Shown here: one piece after another, positions 46,954 through 57,894 of the stretch
Position numbering within the stretch: the stretch's first letter is position 1
Layout: every line of letters starts with the position of its first letter
NCBI GenBank assembly: GCA_036397255.1
Contig: DASWJH010000046.1
Span: forward strand, 5,020 to 69,019
From: Nitrospiria bacterium
Lineage (GTDB): Bacteria > Nitrospirota > Nitrospiria > DASWJH01
Length of the DNA stretch: 64,000 nt
Reading direction: 5' to 3'
Translations under genes and position numbers: made by a program
Notes under the pieces: model-generated
The model's database searches: none
Told to the model about the DNA's origin: nothing
Seen by the model: the letters and a program-made list of their open reading frames with translations, nothing else

Positions 46954-48069
46954 GTGGCTCTTGAGGGATCAATTAAAGATTTCGGCCTTGCAGAAATATT
47001 ACAGCTAATTTTTCTGCAAAGAAAAACGGGTATCTTAACCCTGAAGGGGGGAGAGGATCAGGCAACAATCTTATTTGATAAAGGTTTAATTGTTGACGCC
47101 TCATCCTCCGAAAGGGGTGCCGTTGAAAAACTTGGAGAGATCTTGGTCAGGGCAAACCGAATCGATAAGGCACAACTTAAGGAATTTTTAAAGGACCAGG
47201 ATATTGCCAAAGAGAAACTCGGACAAATTATTTCCGAAAGCGGTTTAATTAAAAATGAAGATATCAAAAAGGCCTTAAGTCTTCAAAAACATGAGCTTAT
47301 TTATAGTCTTTTTCGCTGGAAAGAAGGAAATTATCATTTTGAACAGAAACCTTTACGATTCCAAAATGACATCCCCCCTTTGAATACGGAATTTATTTTA
47401 ATGGAAGGCATTAGGAGATTAGATGAATGGCCTTTTTTAGAAAAGGTCCTTCCCTCAAAAGGGCTTATTTTAAAAAAGGTTGAGGGAAAAAAGGAATTCC
47501 TTTCATTAAAGAATGAAGAGCCCGAAATTGATTTTGATATTTTAGAGGGGGTTCCGGAAGGAAAAACCGATGGATATCAATTAAACCCTGATGAATTTGA
47601 AGTCTATCACCTAGCGGATGGGGAAAGAGATGTTCGAACCATTATTAAATTAAGTCCTATAGATGATTTTGAAACATCCAAAGTTTTATCGAATTTGGTT
47701 ACCACAGGTATCATTGAAATTATCGGGGAGAAAAAGCCAGAAATTATTAAAAGAGAGTTATTTTCTAAAAAATTGGGATTAAATAATCAGTTAAAGGAAA
47801 AAACAATTAATGGCTTAATAGGCATAATTATTTTTTTATCAATTTTATCCGTTGGATATAAAATTTTTTTAAACTATAACATTAAATTTGATTCATCAAT
47901 TAGTGAATTTTTAAAGAAAAAAAGGGAGAAAATAGTTATTAAACAGATGGAGCTATATAGGATTCGCAATCAAAAAGAAAATCCCTCAATTGAAAATTTA
48001 AAAATAAAACAATATGGTTTTTTTTTAAAAGGAATGCCATTTGAGGGGGGAAAAGAGGAAGAACCTTGA
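46954..48069 (+). CDS. DUF4388 (PATAN-like) domain protein with a C-terminal TM helix
   Basis: N-terminus GSIKDFGLAEILQLIFLQRKTGILTL is the DUF4388 signature. Probably co-transcribed with the upstream membrane protein (30-bp gap). Confidence 0.6.
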   Translation: MALEGSIKDFGLAEILQLIFLQRKTGILTLKGGEDQATILFDKGLIVDASSSERGAVEKLGEILVRANRIDKAQLKEFLKDQDIAKEKLGQIISESGLIKNEDIKKALSLQKHELIYSLFRWKEGNYHFEQKPLRFQNDIPPLNTEFILMEGIRRLDEWPFLEKVLPSKGLILKKVEGKKEFLSLKNEEPEIDFDILEGVPEGKTDGYQLNPDEFEVYHLADGERDVRTIIKLSPIDDFETSKVLSNLVTTGIIEIIGEKKPEIIKRELFSKKLGLNNQLKEKTINGLIGIIIFLSILSVGYKIFLNYNIKFDSSISEFLKKKREKIVIKQMELYRIRNQKENPSIENLKIKQYGFFLKGMPFEGGKEEEP

Positions 48070-48387
48070 AAACACTCTTTTCCTACTTTACATAATATAT
48101 ATTATCAGAAGTATTATCAAAAGAAGGAATCACCTCTTTAAGTAAACATCCCTCCTTTTTTCAATAATTATTAACAATATTTGTGGAAAACCTGTGGTTA
48201 AGGTTGTGAAAACAGACAATGAAAGGTTATTCTGATTGGGTTCTAGCGGTTTGCATATTTTTAAGGCATTAAACTTTAAACTTTTTCAAAAGGTTAAATA
48301 TAAAAAGGTGAAGGAGAATGATAGGAGGTTTTAGACCAGAAGGAAAGGACCCCAAGGGGCTTGTAGGAACCAAAAATTCATCCCTTT

Positions 48388-49707
48388 TTATTGATTTTGA
48401 TATTGCCGACTGGGAAGAGATCCAAAAATCTGCCCATTGACAACAGAAACAATTTGAATATTTATGACCTGCCCTATACAGGAATTACCAAAAACACTTT
48501 CCCCTTTTAAATGGACCTTGAGGTAGTTATGGGATAATCCAACGGGTCCTTTTTCTCCCTTTAACATTACAAAGGGTAGCGTTCGTCCAATAAATTTATT
48601 TTTAAAAAGCTCCTCCTTCTGCTTGGATAAAACCCTTAAACGTTCGGCGCGATCTTTTTTTTGTAGATCCGGAACCTGATTTTTCATTCTTGCTGCCGGG
48701 GTTCCCGGCCGATTGGAAAAAGGAAAAACATGAAAAGAAGTGATGGGAAGGGAACTCAAAAGTTGATATGTATTTTCAAATTGAGGCAACCCTTCCCCCG
48801 GAAAACCCACCATCACGTCCGTTCCGATAAAAAGGTCATCCATTTTCTTTTTTAATTCGTTAACCAGACTAATGAAAAAACCTGTTGTATACCCCCTTCT
48901 CATTCGTTTTAAAATCAAATCATCCCCGCTTTGGAGTGGAATGTGAAGGTGGTGGCATAAATTTGGAAGATTGCACAGTGTTTCAATCAGTTCAGAGTTA
49001 AAATCCTTCGGGTCAATGGAACTTAAACGAATTCTGGATAATTGGGTTCGGGTCGAAATTTCTTGGAGCAATGTTGCCAGTGATACCTTTGGGTGAATAT
49101 CCCTTCCATAGGCCCCGAGGTATACCCCCGTCAAAACAATTTCATTGTAGCCCTTGTTTACCAAAAGAGTAATTTGATCAATAATTTGTTGGGGAGGTAA
49201 ACTTCGGCTTGGGCCTCTGGCTTTTGGAATAATACAAAAAGTACATCGAAAATTACATCCATCCTGAACCTTTAGGAATACCCTGCTTCGATCACGTTCC
49301 CCATCCACAAAGGGTTGTTGGAGGTTTTTCCCCTCCTCAAACCCATTAACTAAGGTTTGAGGTTCGGCGGCCCCGCACCCTTCTAAATACTCCAGAATGT
49401 TTTTCTTATAGGCGTTTCCTAAAACCACATCTACACCGGGAATCGATTTAATTTCATCGGGATAGGTTTCTGCATAACAACCGGTAACGATAATTCTGGC
49501 TTTTGGATTTTGGCGAACGGCTTTTCGCACCAATTGCCGGGATTGGTAATTGCTTTTGAGGGTAACGGTACAGGTGTTAATAATGTAAACATCGGCCCGG
49601 GTATCAAAGCCAACAATTTGATAACCCTTTCCCCCAGCCAAACTTTCCATCATGGTGGTATCGAATTGATTAACTTTACACCCAAGGGTGGCGAAGGCGA
49701 CCTGCAT
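48388..49707 (-). CDS. mtaB: Radical-SAM methylthiotransferase, MtaB/YqeV-like
   Basis: N-terminal MTTase domain (FATLGCKVNQFDT) and radical-SAM CxxxCxxC (CNFRCTFC). Confidence 0.75.
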   Translation of the reverse strand: MQVAFATLGCKVNQFDTTMMESLAGGKGYQIVGFDTRADVYIINTCTVTLKSNYQSRQLVRKAVRQNPKARIIVTGCYAETYPDEIKSIPGVDVVLGNAYKKNILEYLEGCGAAEPQTLVNGFEEGKNLQQPFVDGERDRSRVFLKVQDGCNFRCTFCIIPKARGPSRSLPPQQIIDQITLLVNKGYNEIVLTGVYLGAYGRDIHPKVSLATLLQEISTRTQLSRIRLSSIDPKDFNSELIETLCNLPNLCHHLHIPLQSGDDLILKRMRRGYTTGFFISLVNELKKKMDDLFIGTDVMVGFPGEGLPQFENTYQLLSSLPITSFHVFPFSNRPGTPAARMKNQVPDLQKKDRAERLRVLSKQKEELFKNKFIGRTLPFVMLKGEKGPVGLSHNYLKVHLKGESVFGNSCIGQVINIQIVSVVNGQIFGSLPSRQYQNQ

Positions 49708-49708
49708 A

Positions 49709-50125
49709 TTAGATTTGCTTTTTATTTTTTAAAGAAAGGAACAGACCGATCACCAGGGTTCCTAAAATGGCCCCGGTGGTATTGGCAATCAGATCGAAAA
49801 AATCCGGAAAACGGGATGGAACAAAAGACTGGTGAAATTCATCTGTAATCCCGTAAATCAAACAAAGAAAAACCACCCAAATTCCAATAAACCGCATTAA
49901 CGGTTTTGATAGAGAGATATACAGTGCCCGGTAAAGAAGGATTGCCAAAATTGCATATTCACCAGCGTGGAAAACCTTATCAAAAAAAGGAAAGGGGCTT
50001 TTTAAATTTCGTAAGGATAGAGATGAAAGGTAATAGATAATTCCCAAATACAAAATAACAAGGCCCCAGTAAAAAAAAAACCGTTTGGGTTGCCCCAGTT
50101 CAAATTTTATCACAGAGCTCCCCAT
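49709..50125 (-). CDS. VanZ-like family membrane protein
   Basis: Motifs DKVFHAGEY...DEFHQSFVPSRF.D...N..GAILG. The start is uncertain and overlaps the miaB 3' end. Confidence 0.55.
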   Translation of the reverse strand: MGSSVIKFELGQPKRFFFYWGLVILYLGIIYYLSSLSLRNLKSPFPFFDKVFHAGEYAILAILLYRALYISLSKPLMRFIGIWVVFLCLIYGITDEFHQSFVPSRFPDFFDLIANTTGAILGTLVIGLFLSLKNKKQI

Positions 50126-51425
50126 CAAAACTGTAGGACTTAACATTGGTAATTTTAACTTTAACCAGCCTTCCACTTAAACTCCTGTCCCCTTTAAAAT
50201 TAATTACCTTATTGGTTCGGGTGCGCCCGGATAGACGATCTAAATTTAACTTACTTGGCCCTTCCACCAGGACTTCATGGGTTTGACCCACAAAACGCTG
50301 GTGTCCTTTTTCGGTGATTTCCCGTTGAAGGTTAAGCACATCCTGTAAGCGTTGCTTTTTGATTTCATTTGGGATTTGTTCGGAGAAATTCAGGGCGGGG
50401 GTATTGGGTCGGTGAGAATAGGTAAAACAAAAAACACCATCGAACTGGATTTCCCTTAACCCATTTAAGGTTTCCTGAAAATCATTTTCTTTTTCACCTG
50501 GAAAACCAACGATTATATCCGTAGTCAAACTAATATTTGGAATAGCTTCTCGAAGTTTGGTTATTTTCTTGAAGTATTCTGAATAAGTGTAGGCCCGCTG
50601 CATTCGTTGCAGAATGGAGTTCGACCCGGATTGAAGAGGAAGGTGAAGGTGTTCACAGATTTTTGTCAGGGTAGCGATTGCATGAATCAGTTTATCGGAA
50701 AGATCCCATGGATGGGAAGTGATAAAACGGATCCGCTCGATCCCTTCAATGTTGTTCAAAGCTTTTAACAGGTCCGGAAAATCTCCCTGCGAGTTTTCGC
50801 TTTTCCCGTATGAATTGACATTCTGACCCAATAACGTTATTTCCTTGAAACCCGAGCGTGAAAGCCCGTCTATTTCAGTGACAATTTCCTGAATTGGACG
50901 ACTGATCTCCCTCCCCCGGGTATAGGGAACCACGCAATAGGTACAAGACTTATCACAGCCTTCCATAATGGAAACCCATGCCTTGATTTTTCCTTGGCGT
51001 TGGGATGGGTAAGGCCGTAAATATGGGGTATCTTCCAATGCAGCGATTTTTTGTTTTCTTTTTTGGACAGCCTCCAGCAATAATGGAAGCCGCCAAATAT
51101 TTTTGGAATTAAATATCAAATCGACCCCAGGACTGCGATGAAAAATACGACTCCCCTCCTGTTTGGCCATACAACCTGCAACCCCGATGATTAAAGAGGG
51201 ATTTTTTTTCTTCAGTTTTTCCATTCGTCCCAGATCACTGTATGCTTTTTGATCCGCTTTTTCCCGAATGCTACAGGTATTTAAAAGTGCAAGATCGGCA
51301 TTCTCCGGATGTTCAGTGGTGGTATAACCCAATTCGGAAAGGATTCCCATGATCCGTTCGGAATCATGTTCATTCATTTGACAGCCAAAGGTTTTGAGGT
51401 ATACCAGGGAATTGGTCATGGACAA
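50100..51425 (-). CDS. miaB: tRNA-2-methylthio-N6-dimethylallyladenosine synthase MiaB
   Basis: Motifs LKTFGCQMNEHDSE, radical-SAM CDKSCTYC and a TRAM-like C-terminus. Confidence 0.85.
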   Translation of the reverse strand: MSMTNSLVYLKTFGCQMNEHDSERIMGILSELGYTTTEHPENADLALLNTCSIREKADQKAYSDLGRMEKLKKKNPSLIIGVAGCMAKQEGSRIFHRSPGVDLIFNSKNIWRLPLLLEAVQKRKQKIAALEDTPYLRPYPSQRQGKIKAWVSIMEGCDKSCTYCVVPYTRGREISRPIQEIVTEIDGLSRSGFKEITLLGQNVNSYGKSENSQGDFPDLLKALNNIEGIERIRFITSHPWDLSDKLIHAIATLTKICEHLHLPLQSGSNSILQRMQRAYTYSEYFKKITKLREAIPNISLTTDIIVGFPGEKENDFQETLNGLREIQFDGVFCFTYSHRPNTPALNFSEQIPNEIKKQRLQDVLNLQREITEKGHQRFVGQTHEVLVEGPSKLNLDRLSGRTRTNKVINFKGDRSLSGRLVKVKITNVKSYSFDGELCDKI

Positions 51426-51606
51426 TAACCCTAAAGTTTATATTTTTTAAAATCCTCTTATCTTAATTTCGAACGACTAAAAGGTCAAGTCAATTTCTTC
51501 TCACACATGACGCCCCCCTCAAAACCCGGCTTGACTTAAACGGAGGGGCTATGTTAATTTAAATTTCCTTTTTGTTTTAGGGCAGTTAGATAAGTGCTGC
51601 TGAGGG

Positions 51607-52164
51607 GTGATGAGGGTAATTGCAGGGGATTTAAAAGGATACCGTCTTTCTACTCCAAAAGGTTACCCCCTTCGGCCCACAAGCGATCGGGTCAAAGAAG
51701 CACTCTTTCAAATTTTAGCGGACAGTGTACAGGGGGTCCATTTTCTTGACCTTTTTTCAGGAACCGGAAACGTGGGGATTGAAGCCATCAGCCGCGGTGC
51801 TCATCATTCGCATTTTGTGGAGAGTCATCCCAACCATCTATCGGTAATCAGGGCCAATATTGAGAAATGTGGGATTCGAGAAAAAACGACCCTTTATCCC
51901 CTTCATGTGGTTACGTTTTTAAAAAAAGCCATCCACCGCAAGGAATGTTTTGAAATCATTTTTTTGGATCCGCCCTATTTTGAAGATGAGGCCCAAGAGG
52001 TACTATTAAGACCGGAATTGGGGGAAATTTTAAAAGACCCAGGGTTGTTGATTATTGAGCACTTTCATAAGCGACCCATCTTAAAAGTACATCCGGGTTT
52101 AAGCAAAGGAAAGGAATATCGCTACGGAGATTCCATTTTATCTTTTTTCAGGAAGGGGCCCTAA
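51607..52164 (+). CDS. rsmD: 16S rRNA (guanine966-N2)-methyltransferase RsmD
   Basis: Motifs RVIAG..KG..L, FLDLFSGTGNVGIEAISRGA and IFLDPPY. Confidence 0.85.
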   Translation: MMRVIAGDLKGYRLSTPKGYPLRPTSDRVKEALFQILADSVQGVHFLDLFSGTGNVGIEAISRGAHHSHFVESHPNHLSVIRANIEKCGIREKTTLYPLHVVTFLKKAIHRKECFEIIFLDPPYFEDEAQEVLLRPELGEILKDPGLLIIEHFHKRPILKVHPGLSKGKEYRYGDSILSFFRKGP

Positions 52165-52655
52165 TGAGAAAGGAAAAACTAGGAGTTTATCCTGGAACCT
52201 TCGATCCCGTGACCAATGGTCATGTGGATATTGTTAAGCGGAGTTTAAAGGTATTTGACCAGGTGGTTGTGGCGGTCGCGGGAAATCCAAAAAAACAACC
52301 CCTTTTCGATTTTAAGGAGAGGGTTCAAATGGTGGAGCAAGCCCTGAAAGGGGTGGAAAATGTTCGAGTGGAAGAATTTGAAGGGCTTTTGGTCAACTAT
52401 AGTCACTCCAAAGGAGCCATTGCCATTATCCGGGGTCTCCGTGCCGTTTCCGATTTCGAATATGAATTTCAAATGGCCTTGATGAATAGAAAGTTAGATT
52501 CAAAAATTGAAACGGTTTTCCTAATGCCCAGTGAAGAGTATTCTTACCTCACATCAACCATCATTAAAGCCGTGGCAAGCTATGGAGGAGATGTAAAGGA
52601 TTTGGTCCCCCCTCTGGTAGAGAAAAGGCTTGGCCAGGTGTTTAAGCGAGCCTGA
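52164..52655 (+). CDS. coaD: Phosphopantetheine adenylyltransferase
   Basis: Motif GVYPGTFDPVTNGHVDIV. Overlaps the rsmD stop (TAATG). Confidence 0.9.
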   Translation: MRKEKLGVYPGTFDPVTNGHVDIVKRSLKVFDQVVVAVAGNPKKQPLFDFKERVQMVEQALKGVENVRVEEFEGLLVNYSHSKGAIAIIRGLRAVSDFEYEFQMALMNRKLDSKIETVFLMPSEEYSYLTSTIIKAVASYGGDVKDLVPPLVEKRLGQVFKRA

Positions 52656-52662
52656 TTTTTCA

Positions 52663-53856
52663 ATGAAACTTGCCAAACGAATCCTTTCGATCCAGCCCTC
52701 CCCCACATTGGCCATTAGTGCCAAAGCCAAAGCATTAAAGGCAAAAGGCCTACCGATCATCGATTTAGGTGTGGGTGAACCTGATTTTGATACCCCTCAA
52801 AAAATAAAGGAATCGGCCATTCAGGCCATTCTCGAAGGGTGGACCAAATACACCCCATCCGGGGGGTTCCCCGAGCTAAAAAATGTTATTTGTGAGAAGT
52901 TAAGACGGGAAAATAAAGTTGAATATGACCCCAGTGAAATTATTGTTTCCTGCGGGGCAAAACATAGCCTTTTTAACATTTGCCAGGTCCTTTTCGAGGA
53001 AGGTGATGAAGTCATCATTCCTGCCCCCTACTGGGTTTCCTATGTGGATCAGGTGGTTTTCCACGGGGCCACTCCGGTTATCCTTTCTACTCGTATGGAA
53101 GATCAGTTCCTCCTAAACCCCCAGGAATTAGAAAGACATATCGGTCCAAAAACCCGTGCCTTGATTATCAATACCCCTTCTAATCCCACCGGTGCCGCCT
53201 ATCCCAAAGATAAACTCGAGGCCATTGCTGAAATTGCCCTTCGACATCAGCTTTTAATTATTTCGGACGAAATCTATGAAAAAATAACCTATAATGGTTT
53301 TAATCATGTGAGCCTTTCATCCCTGAGCCCCGCCATTAAAAGCCAAACCCTTTTGGTCAATGGGGTTTCGAAATCTTTTGCCATGACCGGATGGCGAATT
53401 GGTTATACCGCAGGACCTAGTAATATTATCCAAGCCATGGATAATATTCAAAGCCAAAGCACATCAAATCCGACCTCTATCTCACAAAAGGCCGCCATCA
53501 CCGCCCTTCAAGGGTCCTCCGAGGGTATAAATGAAATGGTTAAAGAATTTGACCGCCGCCGGCGGTTTGGGGTTGAACAATTAAATCAAATACGGGGTGT
53601 GGTGTGTTTTAACCCCCCAGGCGCATTTTATCTGTTCCCAGATGTTTCTAAATATTTGGGTCGTTCCTTTCAAGGAAAAAAAATGAATAATTCCTCAGAT
53701 CTTGTAGAATTTCTTCTTGAAAATGCCCAAATTGCCTTAGTGCCGGGAGAAGCCTTTGGCGCCCCTAAGCATATTCGGATTTCCTATGCGACTTCCTTGG
53801 AAAATTTAAAAGAAGCGCTTAAACGGTTGGAACAGTCCCTTTCAAAATTATCTTAA
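52663..53856 (+). CDS. Aspartate/aromatic aminotransferase (class I PLP-dependent)
   Basis: Start taken at the internal Met (MKLAKRILSIQPSPTLAISAKA...). Motifs GEPDFDTP and the SKSFAMTGWRIGY PLP-Lys region are present. Confidence 0.8.
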   Translation: MKLAKRILSIQPSPTLAISAKAKALKAKGLPIIDLGVGEPDFDTPQKIKESAIQAILEGWTKYTPSGGFPELKNVICEKLRRENKVEYDPSEIIVSCGAKHSLFNICQVLFEEGDEVIIPAPYWVSYVDQVVFHGATPVILSTRMEDQFLLNPQELERHIGPKTRALIINTPSNPTGAAYPKDKLEAIAEIALRHQLLIISDEIYEKITYNGFNHVSLSSLSPAIKSQTLLVNGVSKSFAMTGWRIGYTAGPSNIIQAMDNIQSQSTSNPTSISQKAAITALQGSSEGINEMVKEFDRRRRFGVEQLNQIRGVVCFNPPGAFYLFPDVSKYLGRSFQGKKMNNSSDLVEFLLENAQIALVPGEAFGAPKHIRISYATSLENLKEALKRLEQSLSKLS

Positions 53857-53880
53857 CTTTAAAAGGAGGAAACAAGAACC

Positions 53881-54207
53881 GTGCCCATATATGAATATGA
53901 GTGTAAAAAATGCGGACACCGCTTTGAGGTCATTCAAAAGTTTAGCGATGAACCGATTAGTATCTGTGAAACGTGCGGAGGAAAGGTATCTAAGCTGCTG
54001 GCCGCCCCAGCTTTGATGTTTAAAGGGACAGGTTGGTACGTCACTGACTACTCTTCCAAAGGAAAGAAACCGGTAGCAAAAGAAGGCGATGGAAAAACAA
54101 AAACTGAAAAAGATTCTCCTAAAACGGGACCAAATAAAAAATCTGATAAACCTTCAGCCGAAACCAATAAGAAATCAACCGAAACCAAAGAACCTAAGAA
54201 AAAATAG
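53881..54207 (+). CDS. FmdB-family zinc-ribbon protein with a Lys-rich C-terminal tail
   Basis: YEYECKKCGHRFEV...ICETCGG is the FmdB/CxxC_CxxC_SSSS signature. GTG start. Confidence 0.7.
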   Translation: MPIYEYECKKCGHRFEVIQKFSDEPISICETCGGKVSKLLAAPALMFKGTGWYVTDYSSKGKKPVAKEGDGKTKTEKDSPKTGPNKKSDKPSAETNKKSTETKEPKKK

Positions 54208-54215
54208 CCCTCATT

Positions 54216-54725
54216 TTACCGTTTAGAGGCCTTTCGTTCAATTTTTTGGGCTTTAAGGGCGACACCTTTTTCTAAAGATTGTTTATACCGGGTAAATTTT
54301 GCAGATAAAGTTGAAGAGGTTAGAGCTAGAATTTGTACCGCCAAAAGTCCCGCATTAATGACCCCCGCTTTTCCGATACCCACCGTACCCACAGGAACTC
54401 CGGAAGGCATTTGCACCGTTGACAAAAGCGAATCCAACCCATTTAGGCTGGAGGAAGGGATAGGAACGCCAATAACCGGAAGTATGGTCTGGGCGGCAAT
54501 GGTCCCTGCCAGATGTGCCGCTCCCCCCGCTCCTGCGATTACTACACGGATCCCCCGACGAATCAGTCCACTCACAAACAAATGGGTCCGTTTCGGGGAA
54601 CGATGGGCTGATGTGATGACCACTTCATATTGAATTCCAAAATCCTGAAGAACTTTTCCCGCCTCTTCCATTAATGTAAGGTCTGAGTCGCTTCCCATGA
54701 CAATACTGACGGCTGGTTTACCCAC
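54216..54725 (-). CDS. purE: N5-carboxyaminoimidazole ribonucleotide mutase
   Basis: Motifs VSIVMGSDSDL and SAHRSP. Confidence 0.9.
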   Translation of the reverse strand: MGKPAVSIVMGSDSDLTLMEEAGKVLQDFGIQYEVVITSAHRSPKRTHLFVSGLIRRGIRVVIAGAGGAAHLAGTIAAQTILPVIGVPIPSSSLNGLDSLLSTVQMPSGVPVGTVGIGKAGVINAGLLAVQILALTSSTLSAKFTRYKQSLEKGVALKAQKIERKASKR

Positions 54726-54786
54726 TTTTTTCTCCTTCCCAATCCACTTTATTAAAACTTCATTTGAGACCCGGGGGCCCTACATT

Positions 54787-56079
54787 TTATGAGGTCAGCA
54801 CTTTTTTAGCGATGTCCCTGCGATAGTAGGCTCCATCGAAAGAAATTTTTTCCACAGCATTATAAACTTTTCTATGAGCATCAGGGAACGATTTTCCAAG
54901 GGCAGTAACCGCAAGGACCCGACCCCCATCCGTGTACCACTTTTCGTTTTCCATTTGGGTTCCGGCATGAAAAATAGATATATCCGAGGACTTCTCCGAA
55001 AAGCTTATGCCTTTAATCTCTTTTCCTTTTTCATAAGATCCCGGATAACCCTTCGATGCCATAACAACGGTAATGGCCTTTTGATCTTTAAAAACCAATG
55101 CGTCTTCTTTTAATTGTCCGTTTGCCAATTCCAAAAAAACCTCAATTAAATCCGTTTTAAGTAAGGGTAAGATGACTTGCGCCTCGGGGTCCCCCAATCG
55201 AGCGTTAAACTCCAGGACATGAAGAATTTCCTCCTCTTTTGGGTTGTTTGAGGGGGAAATCATTAACCCTGCATAAAGAAAACCCCTGTAAGGCCGGCCC
55301 TCCTTGGTCATGCCCTGAATCGTGGGTTCAATCACCTCTTTGATGATTCGGCTGCGAAGACGGTCGGAAATCAAGGGAGAGGGTGCAAACGCACCCATCC
55401 CACCCGTATTAGAACCTTGATCCCCGTCCCCCACCCGTTTGTAATCTTGGGATGAAACAAAAGGACATATTTTTTCTCCATCCGTTAAGACAATAAAACT
55501 GACCTCTTCCCCTTGAAGAAATTCTTCAACCACACACCGTTTACCGGCGTCTCCAAAGCATTCACCTTCCATCATATTGGTGACAACCCCAGTAGCCTCT
55601 TCTTCGGACTGAGCGATAATCACCCCTTTTCCACCCGCCAGACCATCTGCTTTAATCACGTAGGGGGGCGGATTTTTTTTAAAAAATGCAGACGCTTCCT
55701 GGACAGAAAAAACGGTATCCCCTTTTGCATTAGGAATCCCATTTCGCTCCATAAATTCCTTTGAAAAAACCTTGCTACCCTCAATTTCAGCCCCTATGGC
55801 AGTGGGCCCCACGATGGCCCGTCCTTCTCTTTCGAAACGGTCCACAATTCCCAGGGTTAAGGGAATTTCTGGTCCAACAACTGTTAAATCAATTTGTTCC
55901 CTTTTGACAAAAGAGAAAATATCTTCAATGCGGTTCACGGAAATGGGGTGTATATGGGCAAGTTGCTGGATTCCGCTGTTTCCTGGAACAGCAAAAAGTT
56001 TTTTTACCAAGGGACTTTTGGATAACTTCCAAACCAGAGCATGCTCCCGCCCCCCCCCACCGATGACTAAAACCTTCAT
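54787..56079 (-). CDS. purD: Phosphoribosylamine--glycine ligase
   Basis: Motif MKVLVIGGGGREHAL and ATP-grasp features. Confidence 0.9.
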   Translation of the reverse strand: MKVLVIGGGGREHALVWKLSKSPLVKKLFAVPGNSGIQQLAHIHPISVNRIEDIFSFVKREQIDLTVVGPEIPLTLGIVDRFEREGRAIVGPTAIGAEIEGSKVFSKEFMERNGIPNAKGDTVFSVQEASAFFKKNPPPYVIKADGLAGGKGVIIAQSEEEATGVVTNMMEGECFGDAGKRCVVEEFLQGEEVSFIVLTDGEKICPFVSSQDYKRVGDGDQGSNTGGMGAFAPSPLISDRLRSRIIKEVIEPTIQGMTKEGRPYRGFLYAGLMISPSNNPKEEEILHVLEFNARLGDPEAQVILPLLKTDLIEVFLELANGQLKEDALVFKDQKAITVVMASKGYPGSYEKGKEIKGISFSEKSSDISIFHAGTQMENEKWYTDGGRVLAVTALGKSFPDAHRKVYNAVEKISFDGAYYRRDIAKKVLTS

Positions 56080-56124
56080 GGCTTATTTATCCCTTTAAAC
56101 CGTTCTAAAATGGCCCCCCCCCCT

Positions 56125-57687
56125 TTAGTGCCTGAAGTGTCTCATTCCCGTAAAAACCATGGTCATATTTTGCTCATTGGCTGCCTGTATGACCTCCTCA
56201 TCTTTTTTCGAGCCCCCGGGCTGAATGATGGCGCTGATCCCCTCCTGAGCCGCATGATCAATTCCGTCCCTAAAAGGGAAAAAAGCATCGGAAGCCATAG
56301 CACAGCCTTTAATGGGCAACCGGGCTTTCATTGAGGCCAACTTAACCGAATCCACTCTGCTCATTTGTCCCGCTCCGATTCCCACCGTCTGTTTTTCGGT
56401 GGCAAAAACAATGGCATTGGATTTAACATGCTTGCAAACTTTCCAGGCGAAACCCATGGCGTAATATTCATTAGGGGTAGGTTTTCGGACAGAAACGACT
56501 TTAAGCTGGGTCAGTCCAGGGATGGTTCCCAGATCTCTATCTTGAAGTATCAACCCTCCTACCACTTTTCGAAAATCCAATCCAGTGGGTTTTCCCTTAA
56601 CGGAAGGTCCAATATCTAAAAGCCTAAGGTCCCGCTTTTTCTTCAATATTTCTAGGGCTGAGTCATCAAACCCCGGGGAAATGATCACTTCAATAAAGGT
56701 GGAAGACATTTCACGGGCAGTGGTTTCATCCACCCTCCGATTCAGAGCTATCACTCCTCCGAAGGCCGAGATAGGATCGGTCTCCCTAGCCTTTTGATAG
56801 GCTTCTGCCAGAGAGGGCCCAGAAGCCACACCACAGGGGTTGTTGTGTTTAATGATGACCACGGTTCCTTCTTCAAATTCCTTTACCAATTCCAATGCAG
56901 AATTCGCATCGAGAATATTGTTAAAGGACATCTCCTTTCCATGCAGTTGAGTTGCATTAGCAATGGAAGGCTCAATGGGTTGAAGTTCACGGTAAAAAGC
57001 TGCTTTTTGATGTGGGTTTTCCCCATAACGAAGATTTTGGATTTTTTCCATATGAATTGAAAACAATTGCGGAAATTGAGAATCTGTTGTATCCGAATCT
57101 CTCTCTTCAAGAAAGCGGGTTATCGCCAGATCGTAATTGGCGGTTAAACGAAAGGCTTTTACCGCAAGGTGCAAACAGGTTTGACGAGACAGGGTTTTTT
57201 CGTTTTTTTGTAATTCATCCAGAACCAACCTGTAATCCGCAGGGTCAACCAAGACGGCAACATCCCGATGATTTTTCGCAGCGGATCGAAGCATCGACGG
57301 CCCTCCAATATCAATATTCTCCACCGCTTCTTCAAGGGGACAATCAGGTTTTTGAATGGTTTCTTCAAACGGGTAGAGATTGACCACCACCATTTGAATG
57401 GGTTTTATTTGATGTTGTTCCATTTGGTTGACATGTTCGGGATTTTCCTGAACCCCCAGAAGACCACCATGAACTTTAGGATGCAGGGTTTTGACCCTTC
57501 CATCCAAAATTTCTGGAAACCCTGTGTATTGAGAAACTTCGGTTACCGGAATTCCCGCTTCCCGTAAGGATTTAGCCGTTCCTCCGGTGGACAGAATTTC
57601 TACTCCTAGGGAAGACAACTCCTTTGAAAAGTCAATGATTCCATCCTTCTTTGAAACACTGATTAATGCCCGCTGAATTTTTTTCAT
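56125..57687 (-). CDS. purH: Bifunctional AICAR transformylase / IMP cyclohydrolase
   Basis: The start is the internal [14 protein letters not shown]. Motifs STGGTAK and LHPKVHGG are present. Confidence 0.9.
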   Translation of the reverse strand: MKKIQRALISVSKKDGIIDFSKELSSLGVEILSTGGTAKSLREAGIPVTEVSQYTGFPEILDGRVKTLHPKVHGGLLGVQENPEHVNQMEQHQIKPIQMVVVNLYPFEETIQKPDCPLEEAVENIDIGGPSMLRSAAKNHRDVAVLVDPADYRLVLDELQKNEKTLSRQTCLHLAVKAFRLTANYDLAITRFLEERDSDTTDSQFPQLFSIHMEKIQNLRYGENPHQKAAFYRELQPIEPSIANATQLHGKEMSFNNILDANSALELVKEFEEGTVVIIKHNNPCGVASGPSLAEAYQKARETDPISAFGGVIALNRRVDETTAREMSSTFIEVIISPGFDDSALEILKKKRDLRLLDIGPSVKGKPTGLDFRKVVGGLILQDRDLGTIPGLTQLKVVSVRKPTPNEYYAMGFAWKVCKHVKSNAIVFATEKQTVGIGAGQMSRVDSVKLASMKARLPIKGCAMASDAFFPFRDGIDHAAQEGISAIIQPGGSKKDEEVIQAANEQNMTMVFTGMRHFRH

Positions 57688-57894
57688 TTTAACCCTCGCT
57701 GAGGCCCTTGATGACCACATTTCGGCAATGCAAACAAATAAATCATTAAAATAATAGTTAAACCAGGTAACACCAAATTGTTTTTAAAAAAACAGTATAC
57801 TTAAATTTGAGAAGAAATTTCAAATAGAAAAGTTTTCTTTAAGAGTTTTTCTTCCATAAAATCCGAATAAAACAAGGCGATTTCCCCAGAAAAT

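Noticed and set aside
57688-57894. A ZTP or purine riboswitch upstream of purH
   Set aside because: I read the minus-strand leader and found none of the conserved ZTP (GGGUCGUGAC...CCGGGC) or purine-aptamer motifs.
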